In this document: positions 50,144-64,000 of the stretch, piece by piece | Position numbering within the stretch: the first letter of the stretch is position 1 | How the letters are laid out: each line of letters begins with the position of its first letter | The notes under the pieces: generated by a model | The model's database searches: none | What the model saw: only the letters and a program-made list of their open reading frames with translations | Told to the model about the DNA's origin: nothing | NCBI GenBank assembly: GCA_009914755.4 | Contig: CP068257.2 | Span: forward strand, 24,256,001-24,320,000 | Length of the DNA stretch: 64,000 nt | Direction of reading: 5' to 3' | DNA from: the human T2T-CHM13v2.0 reference genome, Homo sapiens | Program-made: the position numbers and the translations under genes

Positions 50144-52425
50144 TCAGCTGTAAACCATTAAATCTATATACATTTAAAAGTCATTTCTTATGAAAAACAA
50201 AGTCACACCTATGTTCTTATAAGAACAAAGTGACAGCTCTCTATTTGCTGTTATGATTTTTTTTTTTTGATGTTCATCCTTGACTAACAATTACACATAA
50301 GGATACTTGAAATTCTCAATAACATTAAATTTCTATTTTGTTGGGCTGGGAAGTGCTATAAATATTCTATTTTAAACCTAGTCTACTTTGGACCCACTAA
50401 ACCCCCAAATCAACAGGCTTATTAGAAACAGAATATGGAAACACTGTCTTTGAAATAACCATGCTGCATTTTTCCTGAAGAGTGGAACATTTTATCAAGA
50501 GGCCACAGTAAAATTGTAATAAAAAATAAGCATCCTTTCATTATTGCGAATTTCTTGATTCCCCGCCATATCTTTCAATCCTGCCCCATTCACTATGGAT
50601 TTATTCAGCCAGAGATCTTTCCCGCATCTGGTTTATAATAATTCATGTTTTTATTAATTTTGAATGCTAGAAGAAAAAAAATGGGTATGAAACAATTATG
50701 CCTTTGTTCCCTCTTTATTTCCTACTGCCTTTCTCATAAATTGGTTATTATAGCATTCTGTAAAACAGCCATCTCTGAAAAGAGCTACATTTTTAGCCTT
50801 GAGGTAGCTGCAAAGAGAAGCACACTTTGATAAATAACCTCAGTGCCAATACAAAGAGTAGAATAGAATCCTTTTAGCAGAGATTTAAGGAAGATTACAA
50901 AGGACAAAGAAAACACCAATCATTTTTAAGTAACAATTTGACAAAGCAAAGGTTGAAAGGATGAAGGGATTCTGCCCTTTTGAAGGATTAATAAATAATT
51001 AAAGCAGAATATGAACACTGAAGAGGAGCCATAGTTTCACTGAAATAATGATTCCATCGTTTGTTGAATGAAAAAATATTAATGAAGACCTACATAGTGA
51101 TTTAAAAGAGGAGATTTTATCTCTATACAAACAATGCCTGAGGCCATTCTTTGCAAGAAATCTTCATAATCTGCCTGAAAATAACTTTTTAAAAAATAAA
51201 AACATTAATAAATGACTGAGCCTGGGAACTTGCACATAATAATTAAAATTGAATGAAAAAAATATGAAATTATAAAATAAAACACGGGCCTTTTATAACA
51301 CAACAGGACACTTGAAAATTCACACTTATTTGTCATGGGAATAGCTTCAGACTGTGGTTGGCGGTCAAACAGGACAGCACAATTAAATCAAGTAGATGAC
51401 CAAATAGCAGAGGGTCATGGTACAAAGAAGGACCATGTTGTAAAATTTTATTAATAAAGGTCCTCAGAACCCTGATTTATGCTTTGTTATCTTGGCCAAC
51501 CACATCCATTTAGTTAGCTTGATCAATCACAGCTTTAGAGGATGCTGTGGCCTAGGAAAGAAATTTGTTTTGTGTGGTGCTTACGCTAGATGTCAAGGAA
51601 GGAGTTTTGGTCAGGTCTTTAGGGTTACGGAGGAGCCCACTTCATCAGTCCAAGTTAAGGAGCATCTGCCTTTTTATCCTGGGGACTGGCTTCAACCTTA
51701 TATTTATAATTACTAATATCTAAAAAGTACCAGGGTCCTTGCTGGATCTTGAGGAGGCAAGGATGACCAACATATATCTGGAAGAGTTCACAGGATGGAG
51801 GGTTAGTAGAGATATAAACAAATAATTTACTCCAAGTTAGAGTATGGTATTGGAGGTGGATACCCAGTGCTTTCACATTGAGGTTAAGTAGGGGAAAATT
51901 CCACTTCAGAGAGGAAAATAGGCAGCAGAAAGAACACAGATTTTGGACTTCTGGCAGGTCTTGGCTTCCACCCCACTTTCATCACTTTACTATCTGGGCT
52001 GGGCAAGTTGGCAAACTCTCTTAGGTTCAAAGTTCAATTTCTTCAACTGTAAACTGGGGATGCTATCACTGAATTTCCCAGTATCTTCACTAGCCCATAT
52101 GCTGCCTTTGTGTGAAATGCAAGAAAGCCCCACTTCCAGTGGGTGTGCACAATGCCAGAGGGCTTGGCTCCTTGAGTGGGATGTAGAATAAAATTATCAG
52201 TCTCCACTCTTACCCTAAACCACCTGCCACTGCCACATCTCTATATGGCGGTCCTGTACCTCAACGGGGAACATTCATAAAGAAAGAATGTGACCATCAG
52301 CATTATCACAAAGAGGCACTCATTAGTTGGTTACATGGTTGTCACTCAAATGCCAGCTCTTTTCTCCGTTCTCTATGCAAATTAGAAAGGGTTTATAGGA
52401 CTTGGGCATTTTACTTGAATCTTGA

Positions 52426-52731
<306 letters not shown>

Positions 52732-54277
52732 TGCAGCTGTTTTTTTTGTTTTGTCTTTTGTTTTTAAGGGAACTTGCATAGTTCCGAAAAGGAGGAATTG
52801 AAGTGGGAGGGGGCCAATGTGAGATAAGAGGTAGGGTGACTGGCTGGGAGTCTAATGACACTGATGAGAGGACAGGATCTCAGGTAAGTAGGGGATGTGC
52901 AGAGATTTCACATGAACACAGAAGGCCAAATATACAGAACTTGCAACTAATAAGAAATAATGGGTGAGGGAGAGGAAGGCATCATGGATAGTTTAGGCCA
53001 ACCAAGAGAACTCAGAATAGAGTGTGTAAAACAAGTAAATTTCCAGAAGGACATGAGTGTTATACACATTGATTGCAGGTTCAGAGGCACATGGGATATT
53101 TGGGGTCTGGAATATGGCACTGGGATTCAGTACGCTGGCTGTGGCTAGACCCATGAATTTGGGATTCACTGAAGTTAGTGGGAAAGTAGCATGAACAGAC
53201 AGGATGCCTCAGGGAAGCACAATGGAAGATACAAGGGCCAGGGCCAGAACTCACAAGCATGATGAACCCTATGCTCTGGTCACAGTTTACTGCTCACAAA
53301 TTTAATGTCAATTTTCCCCTTCACCGATAGCATTCCTTCTTCTCAGCATGACTCCATTCTTCCTCATTTTCACCCATAAAAGAGAATTCTAATTGGAAGC
53401 ATAATTTACTGAAGCAGATATACCTCTCCCACTAAAGATACTGGCAGTTCCCCAGACTGGTGAAAACCTCTTATCCATAAAGCAACTGTTACCATTATTT
53501 AATTAAACCATTGTATCTCTCTACAGATGTTTGACTGCATTAAGCACATCCTAATTGCTTGTATTTATAAGCACAAACTTCTATACAAAAGGCATGCATT
53601 TTTAGGGACTTTAAAATTTTCTCCTTTTGCCAGTGTCTCTGAATTTTAGTATGCTATTTGTACTGAACTGACTCCAAATCTAAAATTTGATTATATACAG
53701 AAATAGCAAATAAATGCAACTCAGACTAATGACAAAGCATTTAATCAGAGAATATTAGAACGACTACAAGACATAACCTGGAAAAAAAATCTATGAAGAA
53801 CCTATTTAGAAAGTAAGCTAAAAGCAACACTTTTTATTATGAGAAATTTTAAACACATACAAAAGTAAAAAGAATAACATGAGGAACCTCTAATAACATT
53901 TGGCTTAAGCAATTAGCACCCCTGGCCAATCTTGAAGTTTCAACTATATTCCTACTAAAAAGGGACGTATTGTTTTAAATGTTCCTTCAAATGAAAAAGG
54001 ACTATAGATGACAACTAGGTTCAACCCAGAAAAGCTATTCTCCCCAGCAAACCACTTCTGTAGCTTTGACACTAGCAGCTCAGATAGTGTACAGGGTTCG
54101 TTATTGCAAACTTCTCTTTCTATAGAGAACAGTCATTTAAAAATGGAAGCACCCAGGATTCCAAATGAAAGGTTTTTAAAAAAGATTATCTTTCAGAATG
54201 TGGCATCTGGTATATTTAGAATGATATATATGTCATTACTTAAAAAAACCCAACTAATGGGTGGATTGAGAGCATAT

Positions 54278-54286
<9 letters not shown>

Positions 54287-54322
<36 letters not shown>

Positions 54323-54331
54323 TAAGAGCAC
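54287..54331. repeat. (AC)22 microsatellite
   Basis: acacacacac... 45 nt, perfect. Confidence 0.95.
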
Positions 54332-54339
54332 ATACGTAA

Positions 54340-54445
54340 TATGTTCTTTATTTTTATTATACTTTAAGTTTGAGGGTACATGTGCACAACGTGCAGGTCT
54401 GTTACATATGTATACATGTGCCATGTTGGTGTGCTGCACCCCCTA
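54340..54445 (-). mobile_element. L1 3'-terminal fragment (about 100 bp) in reverse orientation; its T-rich tail lies next to the (AC)n repeat
   Basis: ttattatactttaagtttgagggtacatgtgcacaacgtgcaggtctgttacatatgtatacatgtgccatgttggtgtgctgcaccc is the reverse complement of the L1PA 3'UTR end (..GGTGCAGCAAACCACCATGGCACATGTATAC..ACTTAAAGTATAAT). Confidence 0.75.
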
Positions 54446-54838
54446 ATATGTTCTTAATCCAACCTAATGGCTGTTTTTTTTTTTCTTTTTACAGAAAAAG
54501 ATTCCATGATACTAGTTATCTAAATATCCTCCCTGGTACTGAGATTTGAAGTTTATTGTGCTGCCCTATTCTTGGGCATTTCGTAATATTCAAGATATCT
54601 GAACCACCATCTGTTCTGTGGAAGTGTGACTAATTAGTGGCTAATGTTTTCAGTAGTATAGTGCCAAATAAAAAGTTCTAATAATTTAATTATAAAGAGT
54701 CAACAATAATTGCTGGGTGAGGGTGGAATATTGGTCATCAACTTTTTAGTCCTTTGTAATGGCTTATTTCCCTATAGTTATTACCTATGCCACTTCAACT
54801 GAAGTCACATGTGAAAACAGGCTTAAGATAGCTGTAAA

Positions 54839-54868
54839 AAACAAACAAACAAACAAACAAACCATGTT
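54839..54868. repeat. (AAAC)n microsatellite
   Basis: aaaacaaacaaacaaacaaacaaacc. Confidence 0.85.
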
Positions 54869-55182
54869 TTCTAGAAGATTTTAGCTTCAGTTCATTAAGA
54901 CTGATAAATTATTTCATTTTGTACCTTCTACAACTTTTTGGAGAACTTCTTTACACTTATTTAATACATAGTATTTTAAAGGTTCCTTACTGATGTCTAT
55001 TCTCCAAGTATACCTGAAAAGTATATTTGTTTGCTAAAGAAACTTGATACAGTGAAAAATTAATTGGAGATCTCTGTTCTCAATTCATGGTGTAGACTAA
55101 AAACTCCACCTCCACTATCTTCATAAATTCTTGCTCAACACTGAGTTGCTCCTTCTGAACAAAAGCTTGGCACACTATGAAG

Positions 55183-55312
55183 TTGCTTTTTTTCTCTTCT
55201 TTTTTAAATAGAGAGGGGGTTTCACCATGTTGGCCAGGCTGGTTTCGAACTCCTGGCCTCAGGTGATCTGCTCACCTTGGCCTCCCAAAGTTCTGGGACA
55301 CTGCACCTCCCT
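55183..55312 (-). mobile_element. free left Alu monomer (FLAM-like) fragment, or an Alu missing its right monomer
   Basis: ttttttaaatagagagggggtttcaccatgttggccaggctggtttcgaactcctggcctcaggtgatctgctcaccttggcctcccaaagttctgggac is the reverse complement of the Alu left monomer only. Confidence 0.65.
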
Positions 55313-56677
55313 GACATATGAAGTTTCTTCTGCAAGTTATGTAGCTCAAAGTATAATTTCAGATTCCGTCCATTAATGTGCAGTACTGAACAGAACATCA
55401 TCACTTGACACATGCCAAATATTTCACAGCAATACAAACAATATTTACAAGGCCACATAAATCAGGAAAGAATGAGCAGAATAACACTGGCATAAAATGG
55501 AAAAAGTGAGGGCCAGCTGTTCCCTTGAGCGGTGTTTCAGGCACTTCAAAGTCGGACTTACTGTAATGGGTACATCCATCTACAACATCCTGGGTGCTCT
55601 GATTCCAGATGATAACCTGTATCTATTTCCAACCCAATTAACAAAGGGTAGGATTCTTTATGGGGAAGGATATGCCAGATACATATTGCTTATATGTTGG
55701 TAGACTACACACTAAATCTCCAGTATAGGTACATATGCTTATATTGAAAGATGCACCAACATAATCGTCATCTATGTACCTTTGTGAAGTAAGTTAAACA
55801 GTTATGGGCATTTTGGCAGCTGACAGAGACTCATGTGGTATTTTATTCTCTTTCCAAGAGAAACAGAAATGAGAGATCTTAAATGAAATCATTAGTCATT
55901 AGGAAAACTAGGGACATAAAAGACAGTGGGCACACAAGGTCAGTTTCCTGGTTTTGATAATGGACTATAGTTACGTAAGATGTCACTGGTGAGGCATGTG
56001 GGTGATGGATGCATGAGACCTCTCTGTACTATTTTTCCAAGTTCTTGTGAGAGTACAATTATTTCAGAATATAAGTTTAATAGCCCACTATCTTTTAAGT
56101 TTAAACAATGATGTGGTTCAGAGAACACTCATGGCTTCCCTGCTCAGCCATCAAAGAGAATTGTGACTTACTGAATATAACAATAACCTCAAAGTCACAA
56201 GTCACAGTTATGTGTTTTGGCTGTGCTACTTATAATGCATGTGACACAGGCCAGTAAGTTACTCAAATTTTAAGTTTGAGCTTTTTCATTTGTAAGATGG
56301 AACAATCGTGACACTCAAAAGATGAAGAATGAGTTTTTTTCCCCATTAATTGTAAAGTACCAAAGCATCATAATTTGAGAGCCATAACAAGATTGGGCAA
56401 ATTAGAAAAAATGCTGCCACGTATAATTCAATAACAAGTGTCCAATTATTACAAAACTATACCCTAAGTCAGGCGACATTCCTCCAGTCTTACAAGTATG
56501 GAGAGGTAAGAACTGATTCAATTGCTAAGGCTAGTAAGCTAGTTCCAGCCTGACAGTTTCATCGTAAAAGGCAAGCTGTTCTATTAACTTCCATATTCCT
56601 CAAACAGATAACTCACTTCCTCAATTTTCCTCTGGGGGAAAATACATGTCCATGTGCAGCATCAAAAGAACAGCTTA

Positions 56678-56900
<223 letters not shown>

Positions 56901-57682
56901 TCTTACCAAGCACTGCAGGTAGATACAAACTTCCAAAAGAAAACTGACAAACACTGCTACTGTTAAAAGGTTGAACTGAAAGGGCAACTTTATTTTTCTT
57001 GTTCTCCTATTTCTGTTCTCTAACTTTTGAGCTCAGGTTTAAGACTTATCTTAAAACTTACCATTATCTTGTATGCTTATAACAGCCAATTAAAAAGGCT
57101 ACCTCTGCCACCTCTGATTCCTAATACTGAGGCTCTCTAAACAGACCCTCATGCCCTAAATACATTTCTTTGCAAATTTCCCCCTAGAAAACAACGTATT
57201 TCAATTTGATTGGCTATTTCATGCTATATATATTTAACTCTTTCATTCAAGAAAATGTAAAATTTCACATTTCCTAAGGTAGATCCCAGTTTTCAGCCTT
57301 TGGGAACCGGGGAGTATAAAATACATTATTACTGGGCTTCATTTAGGCTCACATGAAATCTCAACATTCCAGTAGGTTTATGATTGCCTGCCATACTTCA
57401 GTTGAACCAGTTTTCAAGATTTTAGTTTATACAACTTTTGTTTTTCTCATTTTAGTCATTGGTTTTAATCAGTTCCTTAGCAATCAGTTAGCAGTAGACT
57501 AAGATTTTTACATTTGTTATTTTCATAACTCAGAAAATGCCAAACCACATATTGCTCTAAGACAAGCTTTTAGAATTTACCAGAAGTTAAAGAGCTCTTG
57601 CCATAGGGAAAACACCTATAGGTGCTCGGAGAATGCGTGGGATCCTGTCACCAACCCAAGAAGCAAGAATCCTGGATTGTCA

Positions 57683-57913
<231 letters not shown>

Positions 57914-59825
57914 TTAGAGGTTCCACTAATGCATCCGGTCATGTGAACGTACTGTGAGTCACCTTTTTGCAGGTCTGCCTTCTAAACATTTCTCCTACTC
58001 CTTTCTTAATGGGTAATTACTTAGATCGGCTGCTTTTCACTTCCACAAGAGCATTTAACATTCTCGACATATATGATGACTGTCCTCCTTACTCAACATT
58101 TTCTTTTTAAATAGGAGTACTCTGCTATAGAAAGAGAACAGATTTGAGGTCTGTCAGGTTAAGTTAGGTCCTTCTCTTTTCGCACCCAAGGGGCATATGT
58201 GAGACTACATTGCTACGTGTACATTTTGAAGACCAGAGGTAATGTCACACAGATAATCCCATCACCAGTAACATGTAACATACGAAATCAAAATGAGAAA
58301 AACAGGAAATTTAACCACTATTTTGTAAGCCAAGGAGTAACTGAACTGTAAGAGACATTATATTTTTCTAGGAGAAAGGCCATTGCTAAACTGTATTTAT
58401 TTTACTCTGAAATTTAATTAAGTTCTTTCTAAGCTATCAGATTCTAATTCTTTCAGCAACAATTACATTTCGTCTTAAGTGCTCCTATTTTCTTTCTAAT
58501 TGGTTCCATTTCATTTTTATTTTAGTTTTACCTGAAAACATCCATCCTAATAAAAACTAAGGACAAAGATTCCCTGGTCTTCAACAATTTCATCACTATA
58601 TGCATTCCACTACATGATTTTGTAAGATGATTTCCAAAAACACAACATTTCTTCTTCATTAAAACAAACAAACAAAAAAACCAGTTGTGAAAATTCATGT
58701 TGGGAATAGAATTTTGGTCATTTGGGCAAACCTAGCTATTATTAACCCATGTGTCATGAGTACCCTGAAAACCAGTTGGAAGGTACAAAATTTATTCCAG
58801 AGATGGTGTGTGTGGTGGTGGGGCGGGTGGTAATGGAGCTTTTGTTGTGTTATCCATATCCTATGGGATGTGCCTCTCCTTCCCCTTTTGCTTAGTTAAC
58901 TTAGGAGCCATCTCCCTGCCATCTCAGGTGGAACGAGGTACCCTTTTTCTGTGCTCCTATGAAATACTGTGCAAATCCCCATTAATGTACCTAACTCATT
59001 AAATTATCTATGATTCTTACTCCCCTCTTTAATGTGAGATCCACAGGGCTGGATTTGGTCTTTTTTCTTTATTTGGAACCCCAATAACACAGTGCTTGAC
59101 CCAGAGGGTGCTCTGTATTTGCTTGGTGAATGCCTGCCACAGAGGCCATGCTACTGTACTTGAGAAAACAAATACATATACACAATAAAAATAAAACAAC
59201 TTGGGCTCATCTGCCTTCTTTTTTCCTAAAAGAAATGTGCTTCTCTATAATCCCCAGAAAGACAGCCATCACAGCTTGCAACAGTTCTTGGCAACTTATT
59301 ACAACTCTCATCTGAACTGTGAAATCTGGTTGAATTTACAAATCAGAGGATGACCTTTTAAATCTCAGAAGAAAAGTAGTAAAAGAGGTAATGACTGATA
59401 AGCTATATCTCTATATATTGAAAAGAGGATAGGTTATACATGTGAATTAAAAAAAAAGAACATTTGAAAACATCAGAGATTAAAGGCTGACTCTTGTTGA
59501 TTGTGAAGGATATTTGATATGCAGAGTTGTGTGATCAGGATCTTGCACAACCACCCTCGATGCTTGCTTGTTATTAAGCACCAAGGTCTTAGAAATCTCT
59601 CTAGTTCTGTTACCATTATTCATCCAAGACTGGAGACAGAAGGGGCTGTGACTAATCGCATTTAACCATGATGTTCCTTCCTGGCCTTCATGGATGCTTT
59701 CTTAGTTGCTCTATTTCATTTTTCTCCCTTGTAAAGGATTTATTGTTTTGAAGAAAATGGGATGAATTTTTAAGAGTTTAAATAAGAAAAAAAAAAAGCA
59801 CTTCAATTAAAAAAGTAAGGATTGC

Positions 59826-60108
59826 TTTGGGAGTCTGAGGCAGGAGGATCACTTGCAGCCAAGAGTTTGAGACCAGCCTGGACAACATTACAAGAACCTG
59901 TCTCTACAAGAAAATTTTAAAAATTAGCTAGGTGCAGTGACACATGCCTGCAGTTCCAGCTACTTGGGAAGCTTGGTCAGGAGGATTATTTGAACCCAGG
60001 AGGTTGAGGCTGTAGTGAGCCCTGATTGCACGACTGTACTCAAGCCTGGGAAAGAGAATAACTGCCTGTCTTTTAATTAAAAAAAACAAAAAACAAAAAA
60101 CAAAAACA
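59826..60108 (+). mobile_element. Alu (old AluJ-like, 5'-truncated by about 25 bp), with an (AAAAC)n-like tail
   Basis: TGCTTTGGGAGTCTGAGGCAGGAGGATCACTTGCAGCCAAGAGTTTGAGACCAGCCTGGACAACAT ... AAAAAAACAAAAAACAAAAAACAAAAAC. Confidence 0.85.
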
Positions 60109-60361
60109 GTAAGAATTGCTTTTCATCATAACTTCTTTTTTTCCAGTTAGTCATCTATGAATGTTTTTGTAAGATATTTTGTCCTAAAAGGACTGTCACC
60201 AACAAGCAGGTACACCAGGATGCCATGGCCCCAGGCTGGCCTTGGCATTACTACTTCAAGCTAAATTTCAATTTAGAGAAGATGCAGGTCATTTCTGATG
60301 ACCAACATCTGGATCTCCCCTTTTCTTCTCCTATCACAACAAACAGCATATATTCCCACTA

Positions 60362-60665
60362 ATTATTATTATTATTATTCTTTGAGATGGAATCTCGCCC
60401 TGTCTCCCAGGCTGGAGTGCAGTGGCGTGATCTTGGCTCACTGCAACCTCCGCCTCCTGGGTTCAAGTGATTCTCCTGCCTCAGTCTCCTGAGTAGCTGG
60501 GACTACAGGCACGTGCCACCATGCTCAGCTAATTTTTTTGTATTTTTAGTAGAGACGGGGTTTCGCCATGTTAGCCAGGATGGTCTCCATCTCCTGACCT
60601 CGTGATCTGCCCGCCTTGGCCTCCCAAAGTGCTAGGATTACAGGCGTGAGCCACCATGCACGGCC
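60362..60665 (-). mobile_element. Alu (AluS-like), with an (ATT)n stretch at its tail end
   Basis: ATTATTATTATTATTCTTTGAGATGGAATCTCGCCCTGTCTCCCAGGCTGGAGTGCAGTGGCGTGATCTTGGCTCACTGCAACC ... GGCGTGAGCCACCATGCACGGCC. Confidence 0.9.
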
Positions 60666-61049
60666 AATTAATTATTCATGTTAACATACATTTAAAAATA
60701 AGCACAAAAGCCTTGACTTTTCCCACCTATGCAATTCAGATGGCAGTATCTTTCAGATAGTATTTGCAGATTAAATGTGTTCAGTGATAGTTACCCAGAA
60801 TGATGCGTAGTCCATTGCTGATACTCAATACACATTTATTTCTTTCACTCAGGCCTTATCTATAAATCATCGACCCCTTTCTTTCCTCTAAGTAATAAGA
60901 GTTCAATGTGTATTGACTGCTTCTGAATGAGACAGTATATTAAATGCTTTTTGCTGGTAACTCATCAAATCTTCGTCTCAGCCCTATGACAGAGTCATAG
61001 CAGCTCTCCCCACCTTATTGGTGAGGCATGAAGCACAAAGGAGATTGTG

Positions 61050-61150
61050 GTTACATAGGCTACATCCCTGGCCCATGGTTACACAGCTAGTTAGTGTTAG
61101 ATTGAGAATGGGTTAGTCTCACTGTCTGGCTCCAGAGCCTCTTCTCCTAA
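61050..61150 (-). repeat. MIR-like fragment
   Basis: ggttacacagctagttagtgttagattgagaatgggttagtctcactgtctggctccagagcc resembles the reverse complement of MIR (aaggtcacacagctagtaagtggcagagctgggattcgaacccagg..ctggctccagagcc). Confidence 0.4.
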
Positions 61151-61237
61151 TCACTTTGTGATCTGGCCCTTCAAGGAGAATCTAAAATAGACCAAGTTTA
61201 AGATAGTTCTACAAAGCAACTTACGAAGTTAAAAACA

Positions 61238-61541
<304 letters not shown>

Positions 61542-62349
61542 TTAAAAACAAAGAAATAAGTGCATGGTTAGAAAAGACAGTCTGTTCCAGGAGTACTTGC
61601 CTGACTTTCTAGTTTTTACAAGTGCAGGTAATATTCTGTGGGCCATGCTAACATCAGCTCCTTTAATTGTGCAGAAGGTTCAGATTTAGCTTGTTCAGTC
61701 TCTCAATTACTGTCCTAGGTTTCTGGAGTTCCATTATTCCTTAGCTAATGCATGAAATTATTTAGCTAATTATTAAGCTAATGTGTGGGGAGAAGAAAGA
61801 GCAAGATAGGAATGTCCTCTATCCATGTGGATAAAGGATTAGGATTACTGGAAAGTGATTCAAGGTATTAAAGTTAGGCTTTTGTGACATTCATGGTTTC
61901 TAGTGCTAAATTCATCCTTATCTTCTATTGAGATGGGTAATTAAATGGTGAATGTATTCACATGTTTTCAATTGCTGATCTCATTTAATACTGCCATTCT
62001 CCTTCAAAATATATTCCTAACTTATCCTGAAAATCCCCAGAGTTTGATAATAATGTTCCCGGACTGAACTGAGGGTTGGGCTACTATACCTCACAGCCCA
62101 ATAACGAGATGCAGATGAACTGGGAGGAAGAGAGTTTTTATTTTTGTAACCTTTTACAGGGAGATGGCCTGGAAATTAGTGCCAGACCAACTCAAAATTA
62201 CAAAGTTTTCCAGAACTTATATGCCTTCTAAGCTGTATGTCTACGTGTAAGTGTGCATTCATCTCATGACAGAAGTGATTAACTTCTTTTAATCCATAAC
62301 TAAGGTCTGAGTCCTGAAGACCTTCCTCTGGAGTCTCAGTAAATTTACT

Positions 62350-63530
62350 TAATCTAAATGGGTCTAGGTGCTGGGGTGATTACTCTTATCTTGTCTCCTG
62401 CTAAATCAGGGAGGTTTGGGGAGTTCCTGCAGACCTCCAGTAAACTTGTTCGTGGAGGCCTGGAGAGTTTCTTCAGACTCCCAGTAAAACTTGTTAATCC
62501 TAAATGGGTCCTGTTAAGAATTCCTTGGTTTTGCCAGGAAAGGCCTAGGCAAAACTCTTGGTGGGCTTTTGTTACATTCCAGCCTCTGTATAAGGGCGCT
62601 GGCTTTTTTTTAGCTTTTAGTATTTAACTGAACCACTCAGTCAGTACGGAAACAGCTGTTACGGAGGCCTGCATTAGTGAGATTTGGCCTGCCACAATAA
62701 CAGAGTAGCAAAGGAGGCTCTGAGGACTCCCCAGGCCTCAGCTCCTCCAGGGATAATGAGACCTGGGAAACCCCTTCACTGTTTATGTAAGCTGAGATGC
62801 GCATTTTGTGTGCATCTACATAAACACAAGCCTTTTCTTCCTAATGCCTATTGGATAAGCAAAGCCTGGGAACATCAGATAATTCAGGAAGACCTTAGGA
62901 TATCTCCCAATAAATGAATTTGCAGGGTTCTGCTTCATTGATTTGGCCACCTAAACACATCTCTAGGAATCATGCTTGGAAATGAAAACAAAATCAGATT
63001 ACCTTCTTTGTTGGACGGTAGGCAAATAAATCATACCAAATAAAATGGTAGTTATCTCTATCCCTCAGAAACAAATACTATTTTTAGTTAAGAAAGAAAA
63101 AACACAGGTGTAAAAAGAAAATAATTCTTGGGGCCCCCAAATCACTAAGCTAAAGGGAAAAGTCTAGCTGGGAACTGCTTAGAGCCAATCACCCTGATTG
63201 TCTACCCTGGAGAGGCTAATCAGAAACTCAAAAGAATGCAACTGTTCATCTCACCTATCTCTGACCTAGAAGGCCCCTCCCCACTTCGAGTCTTCCTGCT
63301 TTTTGTTTCAAGCTGTCTCGCCTTTCCAGACCAAACCAATGTACTTCTTATATGTATTGACTGATGCCTCATGTCTCCCTAAAAATGCATAACACTAAGC
63401 TGTGCCCCAACCACTTTGGGCACATGTCATCAGGACTTCCTGAGGCCGTGTCACAGGTGCATCCTCAACCAGGGCAAAATAAACTTTCTAAATTAACTGA
63501 GACCTGTCTCAGATTTGCTGGGTTCACATA
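62350..63530 (+). mobile_element. ERV-derived LTR-like block; includes an internal duplication of about 100 bp (62350-62560) and an LTR-like segment with AATAAA (63120-63530)
   Basis: repeated ..aatc(c)taaatgggtc.. and ..ctcc(c)agtaaa(a)cttgtt..; then ccaatcaccctgattgtctaccc..cttcgagtcttcctgc..caaaccaatgtacttcttatatg..ggcaaaataaactttctaaattaactgagacctgtctcagatttg, which has an LTR U3/R-like organisation with a poly-A signal. Confidence 0.4.
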
Positions 63531-64000
63531 GATAACAGTTCCCTATACTTTTATATTTTTGTTGAGGTTAAAAAAAAGACCTCCCTCCTTTTGATATATG
63601 ATTCCTGCATATTTCACTCAAATAAATAAATAATTGCCCTCACAACTTTTGGCCAAAATACAAATCCTCCAGGCTTAACATTTGTTATTTCTTGAGCTAT
63701 AATAATGTATCTAAGAATAACAAGGTGTCCTGATTGTCTAGTGAGGTTTATTTTATTATGCTAAGACAAAGATGAATTTCTTAAAATTTTAATTAAAAAC
63801 ACAGAAACCTTCATACAGGAATGGTAGGGAAAAACCCCTCTGTTATCTCTATAGAAACATATTCTCTTAAAGTAATTGCTATTACTATTGTCACAATATT
63901 CATACTTAAGACGGGTTATTCATATGATCAGAAAAACAAAAGAATTCAGTGGCTCACGAAAAGGATATTGATAAAGAGAGTTTAAGAAACATTTTTTTTT

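Overview
This window is primate (hominoid) genomic DNA, AT-rich and densely packed with retrotransposons; it is not prokaryotic. There are about 30 Alu copies on both strands, ranging from AluY-like to old AluJ/FLAM-like. A full-length young L1 (L1PA2/PA3-like, pre-Ta 'GCG' 3'UTR variant) lies at 20448-26478 on the + strand. It has a complete 5'UTR with a YY1 box, an intact 338-aa ORF1, an intact antisense ORF0, and an ORF2 broken only by two nearby homopolymer frameshifts. This L1 sits inside the ORF2/3'UTR end of an older L1PA copy and is flanked by a 16-bp target-site duplication. A 19-bp non-L1 segment lies between two poly-A tracts at its 3' end and may be a 3' transduction. Other repeats include MaLR-type LTRs (two split by later Alu insertions), MIR fragments, an old L1M/L1PB-like body carrying two Alus, an ERV-like LTR block near the 3' end of the window, and several microsatellites. 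On the minus strand I can support three coding exons with canonical splice sites (57716-57844, 56683-56782, 13823-14063/14065). All three are phase-compatible with each other. The last has an ATG, an LxxLL-like LDELL motif and an acidic segment that weakly resembles the PGC-1 family N-terminal activation-domain signature. I could not assign a gene name. There are no rRNA or tRNA genes, CRISPR arrays or prokaryotic features.
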